A DNA stretch of 41,465 nucleotides, taken from positions 1-41,465 of the forward strand of contig JAWOBN010000111.1 of assembly GCA_046484245.1 (NCBI GenBank). The letters are read 5' to 3'. Source of the stretch: a bacterium. GTDB taxonomy: Bacteria > Hydrothermota > 32-111. The notes under the pieces were generated by a model. That model was not told the origin of the DNA. It did no database searches and was given only the letters and a program-made list of their open reading frames with translations. The position numbers were made by a program, and so were the translations under genes. Of the stretch, positions 9,948 through 20,234 are shown piece after piece (the first letter of the stretch is position 1; each line of letters opens with the position of its first letter).

Positions 9948-9976
9948 AAATACTTATAAATAATAATGGAGGCACA

Positions 9977-10558
9977 ATGAAAGACTTTTTTGAGATAAGA
10001 TGGCATGGCCGGGGCGGTCAGGGTGCAAAAACAGTAGCACTCCTGTTTGCTGATGCTGCTCTGGCAACAGGCAAGTACATTCAGGCATTCCCCGAATACG
10101 GTCCTGAGAGAATGGGTGCACCGGTGCAGTCATTCAACAGACTGGCGGATAAACCTATTACCATTCACAGTGGTGTGGAAAACCCCGATGTTGTTATTGT
10201 CCTTGACCCGACACTTATGGACTCTGTTGATACAGAACAGGGTATTGTCAAGAACGGCAAGATGCTTGTGAATACTGTCAAGAAACCGGCAGAACTGAGG
10301 AAAGAATACTCAATCAGGGATGATGTCAGCATACACACTGTCAATGCATCCAAGATAGCCATGGATGAGATCAAGGTCAATAAACCCAATACACCAATGC
10401 TCGGGGCATTGATAAAGGTAACTGAGATTCTGGACTTTGAGAAGATGCTTGAAGATACAAAGAAGAAACTTGAGAAGAAATTTAAGAATAAGCCAGAAGT
10501 TATCCCCGGTAATATGAAGTCCATCAAGAGAGCTTATGAGGAGGTAGTTTCAGAATGA
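9977..10558 (+). CDS. porC: Pyruvate/2-oxoacid:ferredoxin oxidoreductase gamma subunit
   Basis: EIRWHGRGGQGAKT and YGPERMGAP motifs. Confidence 0.93.
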   Translation: MKDFFEIRWHGRGGQGAKTVALLFADAALATGKYIQAFPEYGPERMGAPVQSFNRLADKPITIHSGVENPDVVIVLDPTLMDSVDTEQGIVKNGKMLVNTVKKPAELRKEYSIRDDVSIHTVNASKIAMDEIKVNKPNTPMLGALIKVTEILDFEKMLEDTKKKLEKKFKNKPEVIPGNMKSIKRAYEEVVSE

Positions 10559-10839
10559 GTAAGAATAAAAACTGGAAAGAAATAGATATGGCTTCACTGA
10601 TTACAAAAAGCGGTTCAGCAAAGGAATTCAAAACAGGTGACTGGCGGTCAGACAGGCCTGTCTGGCTTGAAGACAAATGCAAGCAGTGTCTTTTCTGCTG
10701 GGTATTTTGTCCTGATTCATCAATCATTGTCAAAGACGGTGAGATGACGGGCATTGATTATGATCACTGCAAGGGATGCGGCATTTGTGTCAATGAATGC
10801 CCCTTTGGAGCACTTGAAATGGAAGAGGAAAAGAAATAA
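10555..10839 (+). CDS. porD: POR delta subunit (2x[4Fe-4S])
   Basis: KTGDWR, CKQCLFCWVFCP and CKGCGICVNECP motifs. Confidence 0.93.
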   Translation: MSKNKNWKEIDMASLITKSGSAKEFKTGDWRSDRPVWLEDKCKQCLFCWVFCPDSSIIVKDGEMTGIDYDHCKGCGICVNECPFGALEMEEEKK

Positions 10840-10854
10840 TTCGGAGGTTAAGAT

Positions 10855-12030
10855 ATGTCAAATATAGTTGCAAAAACAGGAAATGAAGCAATGGCTGAAG
10901 CCATGAGGCAGATAAATCCTGATGTTGTTGCAGCATACCCGATAACTCCAGCAACAGAGATTGTTCAGCTGTTCTCTACTTTTGTTCATGACGGCAGAGT
11001 TGATACAGAATTTGTTGCAGTTGAGAGTGAGCATTCAGCATTGTCTGCATGTGTAGGGGCTTCAACAGCCGGTGCCAGAGTAATGACAGGCACATCATCA
11101 CAGGGCCTTGCCCTGATGCATGAAATACTTTACATTGCATCAGGTCTCAGATTGCCTATAGTTATATGTGAGGTTAACAGAGCACTATCATCACCCATCA
11201 ACATACATTGTGATCATTCCGATACAATGGGTGCCAGAGACAGCGGGTGGATGCAGATCTATGCTGAGGATTCTCAGGAAGCCTATGACATGACAATATT
11301 CATGATGAAAGCTGCAGAGGATATTATGCTTCCGGGAATGGTGTCAACAGACGGATTCATTATATCGCATGCAATGCAGAGACTGGATATGTATGAGGAT
11401 GAAGCAGTACTCAATTATCTCGGTGAGAGAGAACCCGCATACACCTGTCTTGACACAGAAAATCCCATAACTGTAGGTCCGCTTGTACTGCAGGATTACT
11501 TTATGGAAGTCAAGAGAGCTCAGGAGGAGGCTGTTCTGAGCGGTAAGGTCAGGATAAAGGAATTGCTCAAGGAATATAATAAGAACTTTGAGAAGGATTA
11601 TGATGTCATTGACACCCATAATATTGATGATGCTGAGTATGTTATTGTAGCATTGGGATCATCTGCAGGAACAGCAAAATATGTTTCGGACAAAATGAGA
11701 GAAGAAGGCAAGAAGGTCGGAGTATTGAAACCTCTTTATTTCAGACCATTCTACGGCGAGGATATTGTTGATTATCTCAAGGATAAGAAAGGTGTTGCAG
11801 TGCTTGACAGAAGCAGCGGACAGTCCTCAATGGGCGGACCTCTCTTTACGGAGATATCATCGGCTTTCTACAGAAATGAGAAGCAGCCTGTGATGAAGAA
11901 TTATCTTTACGGACTGGGCGGCAGGGATCTCAAAGCGGACAATGTCAGAGAGATCTATGAAGATATTGAAGCATTTACGAAGAAGAATGGAGAAGGCGAA
12001 ATTATTGAATATATCACATTAAGAGAATAA
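10855..12030 (+). CDS. porA: POR alpha subunit
   Basis: AYPITP, VESEHSA, TSSQGL and GLGGRD motifs. Confidence 0.94.
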   Translation: MSNIVAKTGNEAMAEAMRQINPDVVAAYPITPATEIVQLFSTFVHDGRVDTEFVAVESEHSALSACVGASTAGARVMTGTSSQGLALMHEILYIASGLRLPIVICEVNRALSSPINIHCDHSDTMGARDSGWMQIYAEDSQEAYDMTIFMMKAAEDIMLPGMVSTDGFIISHAMQRLDMYEDEAVLNYLGEREPAYTCLDTENPITVGPLVLQDYFMEVKRAQEEAVLSGKVRIKELLKEYNKNFEKDYDVIDTHNIDDAEYVIVALGSSAGTAKYVSDKMREEGKKVGVLKPLYFRPFYGEDIVDYLKDKKGVAVLDRSSGQSSMGGPLFTEISSAFYRNEKQPVMKNYLYGLGGRDLKADNVREIYEDIEAFTKKNGEGEIIEYITLRE

Positions 12031-12042
12031 TTGGAGGAATAT

Positions 12043-12972
12043 ATGGCCAGTTTAAAAGAACTGTCTAAACAGGGTAATCTCTTTACACCGGGGCACAGGG
12101 CATGTGCAGGATGCGGTGCTACTGTAATACTGCGCAATCTTATGGCCACAGCAGGCAAGGAAGTGGTTATTGGCGGTGCAACAGGATGTATGGAGGTTGT
12201 TTCAACAATATATCCCTACACATCCTGGGATGTAAATTTTGTACATAATGCATTTGAGAATTCCGCGGCAACAGTAAGCGGTATTGAGACAGCTTACAGA
12301 GCATTGAAGAAAAAGGGCAAAATAGATAAGAACATCAAGTTCATTGCATTCGGCGGTGACGGGGGTACATACGATATAGGACTGCAGTCACTTTCAGGTG
12401 CAGTTGAGAGGGGCCATGATATGCTCTATCTCTGTTATAATAATGGTGCTTATATGAATACAGGTATTCAGAGAAGCTCAGCAACACCGTATGGTGCTCA
12501 TACAACAACATCACCTGCAGGCAATGTGGTCAAGGGCAAGATGCAGCCTGTAAAGGATCTGACAGAGATAATGATTGCCAATGGGGCTCATTATGTGGCT
12601 CAGTCAGACCCGTATCACTGGAATGACCTGTCAAAGAAGATTGACAAGGCACTCAAAACAGAAGGGCCTACATTCATAAATGTGTTTTCACCATGTCCTC
12701 TGGGATGGGGCAGTGATCCATCCAAATCAATTGAAATAGCAAAACTCAGTGTAGAGACACTATTCTGGCCTGTCTATGAATTTGAAAACGGCAAATACAC
12801 AATCAACATAAAACCTAAAAAGGTAAAGGATGTTGAGGAATTTCTTTTTACACAGGCAAGATTCAGGCATCTCAAGGATGAACCGGAGATTATTGAAGAG
12901 ATCAAGAAACAGATCAATGAGAAATGGGAAGATCTGCTGAAAAAAGAAAAGTGTACAAATTCTGAAGGCTGA
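12043..12972 (+). CDS. porB: POR beta subunit (TPP-binding)
   Basis: HRACAGCG, ATGCME and GGDGG...NNGAYMNTG motifs. Start moved to ATG 12043 because GGAGG lies at 12033-12037. Confidence 0.94.
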   Translation: MASLKELSKQGNLFTPGHRACAGCGATVILRNLMATAGKEVVIGGATGCMEVVSTIYPYTSWDVNFVHNAFENSAATVSGIETAYRALKKKGKIDKNIKFIAFGGDGGTYDIGLQSLSGAVERGHDMLYLCYNNGAYMNTGIQRSSATPYGAHTTTSPAGNVVKGKMQPVKDLTEIMIANGAHYVAQSDPYHWNDLSKKIDKALKTEGPTFINVFSPCPLGWGSDPSKSIEIAKLSVETLFWPVYEFENGKYTINIKPKKVKDVEEFLFTQARFRHLKDEPEIIEEIKKQINEKWEDLLKKEKCTNSEG

Positions 12973-12983
12973 CCGGAGGATAT

Positions 12984-13481
12984 TTGAGTTACGAAAACCT
13001 CAGTATTTTTGAACAGGATTTCTGGGAGATCAACAATTCTCTCAATAAACTGCTCACTGCAACAAATGCAAGTGCATTGATGCTTATTGATAAGGCCGGC
13101 CAGATGATAACATCAGTGGGCAATACAGACTCTATTGATCTGCTTTCCTTTTCATCCCTTTCAGCAGCTGATTATGCGGCAACCAGCCAATTAGCCTCAT
13201 TGCTTGGAGAGGAAGAATTCAAGGAAATATTTCATCAGGGTAAAAAAGAGAATATCTATATAACAGTGATATTGTCCCGGATAATACTGGTCGTAATATT
13301 CAGCAGGAAGACGAATCTCGGTCTGATGAGGGTTAAACTCAAATCAACGGTTAAAGAACTGGAAGATATCTTTGACCAGATTTTCAAGAAGCTGAGCAGT
13401 GGACAGAAACAGCAGAAAGAGAGTTTCAATGATGATTTCAAGAAAGCTGCAGAAAGTGAATTGGATGACCTATTTGATTAA
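12984..13481 (+). CDS. mglB: Roadblock/LC7 protein, MglB-like GAP
   Basis: LIDKAGQ, A.Y.AT.QLA.LLGE.EF..IFHQG and NLGL.R motifs, acidic C-terminal helix, upstream of mglA. TTG start after GGAGG. Confidence 0.9.
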   Translation: MSYENLSIFEQDFWEINNSLNKLLTATNASALMLIDKAGQMITSVGNTDSIDLLSFSSLSAADYAATSQLASLLGEEEFKEIFHQGKKENIYITVILSRIILVVIFSRKTNLGLMRVKLKSTVKELEDIFDQIFKKLSSGQKQQKESFNDDFKKAAESELDDLFD

Positions 13482-13500
13482 AGAAGCATTGGAGGCTTAA

Positions 13501-14076
13501 TTGTCAGTAATAAATTATTCATCAAGGGAAATCACATTCAAGATTGTTTATTACGGAACAGGATTGGGTGGAAAGACAACGAATCTTAAACAGATCTATA
13601 ATAAAGTAAAACCGGAGCAGAAGGGCAAGATGATATCACTGGCAACAGAAATGGACAGGACATTGTTCTTTGATTTCCTTCCAATGGATATAGGTTCAGT
13701 CAAGGGATTCAAGACAAAATTCCAGCTCTATACTGTCCCCGGTCAGATATACTACAATGCGTCAAGAAAACTGATTCTCAAGGGTGTTGACGGTATTGTA
13801 TTTGTTGCTGATTCGCAGATAGAGAGATTTGAAGACAATATTGAGAGTGTGGAGAATCTGATAGAGAATCTTGAGGAACATAATCTTGATATCAATGAAA
13901 TACCTCTTGTACTGCAGTACAATAAAAGGGATTTGCCGAATATATCATCAGTCAGTGAGATGGATGAAGCTCTTAATCCCTGGGAGACAGCCTATGTTGA
14001 AGCAGTGGCTATACAGGGTATTGGTGTATTTGAAACATTGAAAACAGTGAGCAAAAAAGTGCTCCAGTCATTGTAA
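13501..14076 (+). CDS. mglA: MglA-family small Ras-like GTPase
   Basis: [30 protein letters not shown] and NKRD motifs. TTG start after GGAGG. Confidence 0.94.
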   Translation: MSVINYSSREITFKIVYYGTGLGGKTTNLKQIYNKVKPEQKGKMISLATEMDRTLFFDFLPMDIGSVKGFKTKFQLYTVPGQIYYNASRKLILKGVDGIVFVADSQIERFEDNIESVENLIENLEEHNLDINEIPLVLQYNKRDLPNISSVSEMDEALNPWETAYVEAVAIQGIGVFETLKTVSKKVLQSL

Positions 14077-14544
14077 GTGTTTTTGTACAAGTTTTATTAT
14101 ATTATGCTCCTTTGAATCAGGGAGCTCTCTTGCATTGAATTTGACATCACTGTACTGTTCATGCAGTTCTAACAATTTACCGGCTTCCTCATTTGTCAAT
14201 TTAACAAAATCCAGAACATCAATATCATATTCATCATGGCGTATGCCGCCGATATTGACCAGATCGGGTTTTATCATATCAATAATTGAGCAATTATCAT
14301 AGAGTGTTTCAATATCTTCAACAATAAACAATGCGTCCTCACTCCGGGTGAATTGATAATGCCCTGACGATATATCCACTGTAAGAAACTCAATTGCCGG
14401 GTCTATCATATTCCGGTACAGGTTCAGATACTGAGTATTCATACTGTCGTGTATCAGTGTGAGGGTTCTTATGGATGTATTCTCTATCCACCCTATGATC
14501 ACCTGACCGTGGATAAGTCTTTCATCAATCCTGATTATCCTCAT
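14068..14544 (-). CDS. PTS mannose/sorbose-family EIIB component
   Basis: [11 protein letters not shown] (phospho-His) and VNIGG motifs. Confidence 0.88.
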   Translation of the reverse strand: MRIIRIDERLIHGQVIIGWIENTSIRTLTLIHDSMNTQYLNLYRNMIDPAIEFLTVDISSGHYQFTRSEDALFIVEDIETLYDNCSIIDMIKPDLVNIGGIRHDEYDIDVLDFVKLTNEEAGKLLELHEQYSDVKFNARELPDSKEHNIIKLVQKHLQ

Positions 14545-14921
14545 TAACTGATAGCCTCTTTCCCTATTGATACCAGTTTATCATAAAGTTCATCAGGGGA
14601 TTTCTTTGACCTGTGGAGAAAGAAATCCATTATCACAGGAAGATTGTATCCGAACAAGAGCGTGACCTTTTTGCTGAAATTATCCTTTATGCGGTTTGCC
14701 GGTATTGAGAATGATGAACCGTAAAAATCAATGAACAGAAAAAAATGTTCTGAATCATGAGCATTCACTATCCCCTCAATATCACTGTACATGGTGTTAA
14801 TGTCCCTGCCCCGGTTGGAGAGGCATCTATAATCATCCTGATCGCCTATTATAGATAAAGCTGCATTGACTGCAGAAGCGGAATAATCATGATGACCTGT
14901 GAAAATACCGAATATATTCAT
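14544..14921 (-). CDS. PTS mannose-family EIIA component
   Basis: TGH near the N-terminus, D.YGSS and G.NLP motifs. Lies between hprK and EIIB. Confidence 0.8.
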   Translation of the reverse strand: MNIFGIFTGHHDYSASAVNAALSIIGDQDDYRCLSNRGRDINTMYSDIEGIVNAHDSEHFFLFIDFYGSSFSIPANRIKDNFSKKVTLLFGYNLPVIMDFFLHRSKKSPDELYDKLVSIGKEAIS

Positions 14922-15910
14922 TCTTCATCCTCTTCAAGCCGAGCGAGATTTCTGGCTCTTTTCTGCATCAGTTTTATCAGTGTTGCATTGAATATTTTGG
15001 CTGTGTCATAACCTGAGAGTTTGAGTATATGATTGAGCGCAACAACCTCTATTATCACTGCAATATTCTTGCCCGGGAGAAGCGGAACCTTTATAAGCGG
15101 AATCTCAACATCCAGTATATCTGTATTGTCTTCCTTTATCCCGACTCTTTCAATATTGAGGTCCGGTTCCCATTTGATCAGATTGATCTCTATCTCCACT
15201 CTTTTATGAAGCCGCACACTGCGGATACCGTATATCTTGGCTATATCCAGTATGCCTATTCCCCTGACCTCCATATGATACTGAAGAGCTGATTCGGGTG
15301 CAATGCCTGTACCCATGAGAACATGCTCCCCTTTCTTGAATATCTTGATGGCATCATCAGCAACAAGACGGTGGCCTCTGTCAACAAGATCCAATGCGGT
15401 TTCGGATTTCCCTATGCCGCTTACACCTGTGAGCAGTACACCCACTCCGTATATATCAACAAGTGTGCCGTGCATTGTTGTCTCGGGGGCAAGCACATTA
15501 TTGAGATGAATGCTGATGCTGTGAAGAAGCTGAGGTGTGTCCAGTTCAGATACTATAAGGGGAATACTGTTCCGGTTTGCCAGTATTTTGAGCATCCGCG
15601 GAGGGTCTATGCCCCTTGAGATAATAATACAGGGTAAGTCAAATCTCATCATATTCTTGAGATTTGCAGAGCGTCTTTTTGTGGAGAGTGATTTAATATA
15701 CTGTATTTCAGTTTTTCCCAGAATCTGTATATTCTGATATCTGAAATGCTCTGTATAGCCGGATACAGCAAGTCCGGGCCTGTATGGATCAATTCTATCA
15801 ATCTCCCGGTCCAGACCGTCATTCCCGGCAATGAGGGAGAGTTTGAGATCATCCCCCTTTACATCAAGTAATTCTTTGACTTCAATAGATTTATTATTGT
15901 CTGTGTTCAT
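14918..15910 (-). CDS. hprK: HPr(Ser) kinase/phosphorylase
   Basis: RPGL, G.SGIGKSETAL, GHRLVADD and EVRGIGI motifs. Confidence 0.96.
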   Translation of the reverse strand: MNTDNNKSIEVKELLDVKGDDLKLSLIAGNDGLDREIDRIDPYRPGLAVSGYTEHFRYQNIQILGKTEIQYIKSLSTKRRSANLKNMMRFDLPCIIISRGIDPPRMLKILANRNSIPLIVSELDTPQLLHSISIHLNNVLAPETTMHGTLVDIYGVGVLLTGVSGIGKSETALDLVDRGHRLVADDAIKIFKKGEHVLMGTGIAPESALQYHMEVRGIGILDIAKIYGIRSVRLHKRVEIEINLIKWEPDLNIERVGIKEDNTDILDVEIPLIKVPLLPGKNIAVIIEVVALNHILKLSGYDTAKIFNATLIKLMQKRARNLARLEEDEE

Positions 15911-16187
15911 GAATCTTCTTCTCGTACTTAACTAATTGTTTCTTCAGTTTCCTTATTGTACTGTCAATGGATGTAATCAGATCAAAGGATTCATCCGAAG
16001 CATAGAAGCGGTGTTTTTTTACATGAATATTACCTTCAACAAAATATCTTTTGTCATTGAGGGCAATAGTGAAGGAGCTGTCCAGAATATTCTTCTCGTA
16101 TTTTTCAAGTTTGTCCATCTCCTCTTCAATATAGGACTTGATTTCCGGTGTCAGATCATAATGCTTGCCTGTAATGTTTACATTCAT
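15894..16187 (-). CDS. hpf: Ribosome hibernation promoting factor (short HPF/RaiA)
   Basis: MNVNITGKH..LT..IK.Y...KL.K and SID...KL..QL.K.K pattern; precedes hprK. Confidence 0.88.
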   Translation of the reverse strand: MNVNITGKHYDLTPEIKSYIEEEMDKLEKYEKNILDSSFTIALNDKRYFVEGNIHVKKHRFYASDESFDLITSIDSTIRKLKKQLVKYEKKIHEHRQ

Positions 16188-17756
16188 TTAAACCTCCTTA
16201 TGTATTATTGTATCATGCCGGAATTCACTGTCATTGGTCTCGGGAAAATCCTTCAAGTAGTGAAGACCACGTGATTCCTTCCTTGAGAGGGCAGATTCAA
16301 TAATGATTTTTGAAACAATGATCATATTTCTCAACTGAAAATATTCCTCGGTATTGTATTTCTCCATGGACTGGAAATCATCCCATATCCTGTTGATGTC
16401 CTCTCTGGCTTTCATTATTCCTTTCATATCCCGCACAATAGCCATACGGTTCCACATAACTTCTTTCACACTATCTTTCAATTCACTGATGTAATCACTG
16501 ATGGAGTCATTGACAGAAACAGGCTGTGAATAAAAACCGGGGACTGTTGCTTCAATGTCTCTGCCGAGCTTCTCTTTGATATCAAGGAATGCCCTTTCTG
16601 CAAAGACAATTGCCTCAAGCAGTGAGTTGCTTGCAAGCCTGTTGGCTCCATGAACTCCTGTGCATGCAACTTCTCCTGCAGCATAGAGGTTATTGATTGA
16701 TGACCTGGCATCAATATTGGTCTGAATACCCCCGCATATATAATGAGCAGCAGGCACAACAGGTATGGGCTCTGAAGGCACATTGATGCCGAGATCCCTG
16801 CATTTTCTGAAAATTCTCGGGAATCTCCTCTCAAAACCCTTTTCCGAGAATGGTGAGAGGTCAAGCAGTACATAGTCCTCTCCCGATAGTTTTAATTCCG
16901 CGTCAATGGCTCTTGCAACAATGTCACGCGGGGCAAGTGACTTGAGTTCATGATATTTATGCATGAACTGCCTGTTATTCTTCAATTTCAGGAAAGCGCC
17001 TTCGCCTCTCACTGCCTCAGAGATGAGAAAAGCCCTGCCTTCTGATTCTGAATTATACAGTGTTGTAGGGTGAAACTGAACAAATTCCATATTGGCTATT
17101 TTGGCGCCTGCCCTGTAAGCCATTGCAATACCGTCCCCTGTGGCAATATCGGGGTTTGTTGTGTGTTTGTAAACTTGTCCTATCCCGCCTGTTGCAAGAA
17201 CAACGAATTTTGAGAAATACGGTTCAATCTCATTATTGACCTTATCAAGCACAAAAACACCCTGGCAGGTATTCTCATTGTCAATTATCAGATCACATAT
17301 ATAATGATTTGTCAGCATCTCAATATTCGGATAGAGATTTATTGTATTAAGCAGTGTTTTTTCTATTTCATATCCCGTATAGTCGCCTGCGTGAACAATG
17401 CGTTTCTTTGAGTGTCCGCCTTCCTGGCTCATGGTGAAGCTGCCATTCTCATTAATGTCAAATTCCGCCCCCAGTTCTGCAAGCTCCATGACAAGTTCAG
17501 GTCCGCGCTCAACCATTATCTTCACAGCATCACTTCTGGAAAGCCCTTTGCCTGCTGAGTATGTGTCCTTTTCATGAACTTCAAAGGAATCATTTTCACT
17601 GAGTACTGCCGCAACACCGCCCTGTGCATAATTCGTATTTGAATCCTTGCCGCTCTTTTTTGTTATAATACCGATTTTACCGTATGGAGCAATTTTATAG
17701 GCGAATGTCAGACCGGCTATTCCGCTTCCGATAACAATTACATCGTATGTTTTCAT
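16188..17756 (-). CDS. nadB: L-aspartate oxidase
   Basis: GSGIAG, AQGG, EGGHS, QFHPT, SEAVRGEG, APRD and HGANRLASNSLLE motifs. Confidence 0.94.
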   Translation of the reverse strand: MKTYDVIVIGSGIAGLTFAYKIAPYGKIGIITKKSGKDSNTNYAQGGVAAVLSENDSFEVHEKDTYSAGKGLSRSDAVKIMVERGPELVMELAELGAEFDINENGSFTMSQEGGHSKKRIVHAGDYTGYEIEKTLLNTINLYPNIEMLTNHYICDLIIDNENTCQGVFVLDKVNNEIEPYFSKFVVLATGGIGQVYKHTTNPDIATGDGIAMAYRAGAKIANMEFVQFHPTTLYNSESEGRAFLISEAVRGEGAFLKLKNNRQFMHKYHELKSLAPRDIVARAIDAELKLSGEDYVLLDLSPFSEKGFERRFPRIFRKCRDLGINVPSEPIPVVPAAHYICGGIQTNIDARSSINNLYAAGEVACTGVHGANRLASNSLLEAIVFAERAFLDIKEKLGRDIEATVPGFYSQPVSVNDSISDYISELKDSVKEVMWNRMAIVRDMKGIMKAREDINRIWDDFQSMEKYNTEEYFQLRNMIIVSKIIIESALSRKESRGLHYLKDFPETNDSEFRHDTIIHKEV

Positions 17757-17760
17757 TATA

Positions 17761-19071
17761 TCAATTCCTGCTGAAACGGATTATGTCAGTATCAACATAA
17801 TTTCTCCAATTAGCCGGAATATCTTCCTCCTCAACATTCGTGTAAACGAGTTCATGGTCGCCAAAACCGTCTATATCAGTGAACACGAACTGCATTCCGC
17901 CCTGTGAATAATATATCCAGTTTTCATAGGATTTAAATCCCCTGGGGTGCGGAATGACCATCTCTTCATCAGGCTCACCGTATTTGATGTATATTCTTCC
18001 TCTGTCAGTCTCGTATCCTTGGGAACTGCCTGATGAGAATTTCTTGTCTGCATATTTGATTCTGCTGATGAATTCATCCAATGCCTCCAGTCTGTTATTG
18101 TTTGGATTGGGGTCTCTCTCTTCCCAGAATCTTATTAGAAAATTATGTTTGCCTGCATCATTCAGTTTGCTGAGTTCTCTGAGTTCAGAGGGCCTGGCAA
18201 TATATTCAATACGGCCGTAGTATTCAATCTGTTCATCAGTCAGTTCATATTTGCTGAGTTGTTTCTTGGATATACGGTCCGATTTTGTAAAATCAACGGA
18301 ATTGCTGACACTGATTGAGTCTGATACCAGAGTTGAGAGCAGTCTGTACTGTCCGGATTTAAGAGCCAGTGTATTTACTGCAGCAACATCAATAAAAGCA
18401 TTTCCTGCTGTTACACCTGTTTTTGCAGGCAGTGAATAGACAGTATCATTCTCATTATCTAAAACAGTGAAGTAAAGTGAAAAGGGTCTTTGAGTCGGTA
18501 AATTGTAAAATTCACTGTATATAAACAAATAGGGATTGAGAGCAGTTGTCTCATGAGAGGGATTGGGAACAACCCTGTAGCTGTTTCTTGTGAATCTGCC
18601 TCCCGAAGTATCCTGTTCAATGGAGAGGGCAATCATCATGTCGGACATAAAGGGACCTTGGGGGACTGCTCCAAGATCAATTGACTGCACTTTCTGATGG
18701 GTATTCTCCGACTTAATATCAGTAAATATAAATGTTATTTCATAACTGCCCTCTGACAGAAGAAAAGCGGACTGGTCAATAAGCGACATCTCTTTGGTTA
18801 TCTGTTCTGTTTTGGATATTATAGAACTGGTAGTCCACGAGTCAGTGACAGTATTGCCTGTTTCAGTATCCTTGATGATAATGTCAATATTGAGGAGAGC
18901 AATCAGTTTGCCTTCCTCACGGGTATACTCAAGCATCCGGGAGGGATAGGCAATATTGCATACTACTTCCCATATACCCTTGCCGGCATCAAATCTATTG
19001 ATATCAACACTGATGTCTGCATTCAATATAATAACTGAGAGAATTAATAATATGAAAACCGATCTCTTCAT
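17761..19071 (-). CDS. Exported GWxTD-domain protein
   Basis: Signal peptide (start moved to MKRS after GGAGG). C-terminal FW..RDP.P...R..YA...F...GYETDRGRIYIKYGEPD and W.YY motifs. Confidence 0.85.
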   Translation of the reverse strand: MKRSVFILLILSVIILNADISVDINRFDAGKGIWEVVCNIAYPSRMLEYTREEGKLIALLNIDIIIKDTETGNTVTDSWTTSSIISKTEQITKEMSLIDQSAFLLSEGSYEITFIFTDIKSENTHQKVQSIDLGAVPQGPFMSDMMIALSIEQDTSGGRFTRNSYRVVPNPSHETTALNPYLFIYSEFYNLPTQRPFSLYFTVLDNENDTVYSLPAKTGVTAGNAFIDVAAVNTLALKSGQYRLLSTLVSDSISVSNSVDFTKSDRISKKQLSKYELTDEQIEYYGRIEYIARPSELRELSKLNDAGKHNFLIRFWEERDPNPNNNRLEALDEFISRIKYADKKFSSGSSQGYETDRGRIYIKYGEPDEEMVIPHPRGFKSYENWIYYSQGGMQFVFTDIDGFGDHELVYTNVEEEDIPANWRNYVDTDIIRFSRN

Positions 19072-19073
19072 AC

Positions 19074-20234
19074 TTACCTCCATTGATCATAATAATTCAT
19101 GAGCCTGTATTCACCATAGCCGTGTACATCCACAAATTTGAATTCATAGCCCTCGGAATAATAATACCATATCTCATAGGGCTTGGAATCAAGGTCAAAG
19201 GGATGTCTTTCAATTTCATCAGGATGTCCGAACATTATGTATATCCTTCCCTGATCTGTCTTATATCCCTCTTTTGCATGAACACCGAAGTTGTCCATAG
19301 CATACTTGTATCTTCTGAGGAATTCATCATACTGAATATTCCCGCTGAGAGTCGGATTGATATCCGCTCTCTTCCAGAAATCATTCCAAACATTTTCACG
19401 CTCTGAAGGTTGTGCATTTTTCATTCTGTCAATCTCGCTTTTGACTGCAATAAGACTCAGTGCATTGACTATATTGTAATACTGTTTGTCAGAATGTTCA
19501 AAGGAGAAATCAATAAAGAAATCCGTTGTCATTGAGGATATGAGTTCCTTTTTATTGTTGAACATCTCTGCTGTCAGTATGTATTTGCCCGGTTCCAGAT
19601 TAGTTGAGAGTATCAATGTGTCTCTTTCGGTATTTGTTACAGGGAACTGCTCTTCATAGGGGGAGTATTTATCAGAAATTTTCAGCCTCAATGAATAGTC
19701 AGCACTATCCATATTACTGTATTTAATACCGAATACGAGAGAGTCCTCATCAGTGAAGTGCCACTGAGAACCGTCAATATCAATAATAGAGCTTATATAG
19801 GGTTTGCCTGTTGTAGAATAGGGCAGTATTACAGGTGAATTGAACTGAACATATGATTGGGAGTTATTATCTGTCAGTTTGATCTGCAGGGAGTTGTAAC
19901 TTGAATCTGCTGTGAATACCCCGGTAATAGTAACTGCACTGTCTCTCACTGTCTTTTCATATGAATCACCGGTGATAATAGTGTCTGTAAAGAAATTCTT
20001 TAACGGCTGATTGTTGCTGTCAAAAAAAGTATACTGTATTGTCAGGGAGGCAGTGAAAATGCTGTCTGTTTTTTCAAAGACCACAGATGATAATGGAACA
20101 GTAAGGTTCACTGTTTCATACAAATTATCTGTACTGTCTCTGTTGCCTGATACAGAAAATGTGACACGGGACAGGTCACGCCCGGCAAGTAAAACCGCAG
20201 TCATCAATAAAACCGCAAATATAAATTTTTTCAT
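19074..20234 (-). CDS. Exported GWxTD-domain protein
   Basis: Signal peptide. FW...D..P, GYKTDQGRIYIMFGHPD and PYEIWYY...F.FVD..GYGEY.L motifs. Confidence 0.85.
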   Translation of the reverse strand: MKKFIFAVLLMTAVLLAGRDLSRVTFSVSGNRDSTDNLYETVNLTVPLSSVVFEKTDSIFTASLTIQYTFFDSNNQPLKNFFTDTIITGDSYEKTVRDSAVTITGVFTADSSYNSLQIKLTDNNSQSYVQFNSPVILPYSTTGKPYISSIIDIDGSQWHFTDEDSLVFGIKYSNMDSADYSLRLKISDKYSPYEEQFPVTNTERDTLILSTNLEPGKYILTAEMFNNKKELISSMTTDFFIDFSFEHSDKQYYNIVNALSLIAVKSEIDRMKNAQPSERENVWNDFWKRADINPTLSGNIQYDEFLRRYKYAMDNFGVHAKEGYKTDQGRIYIMFGHPDEIERHPFDLDSKPYEIWYYYSEGYEFKFVDVHGYGEYRLMNYYDQWR

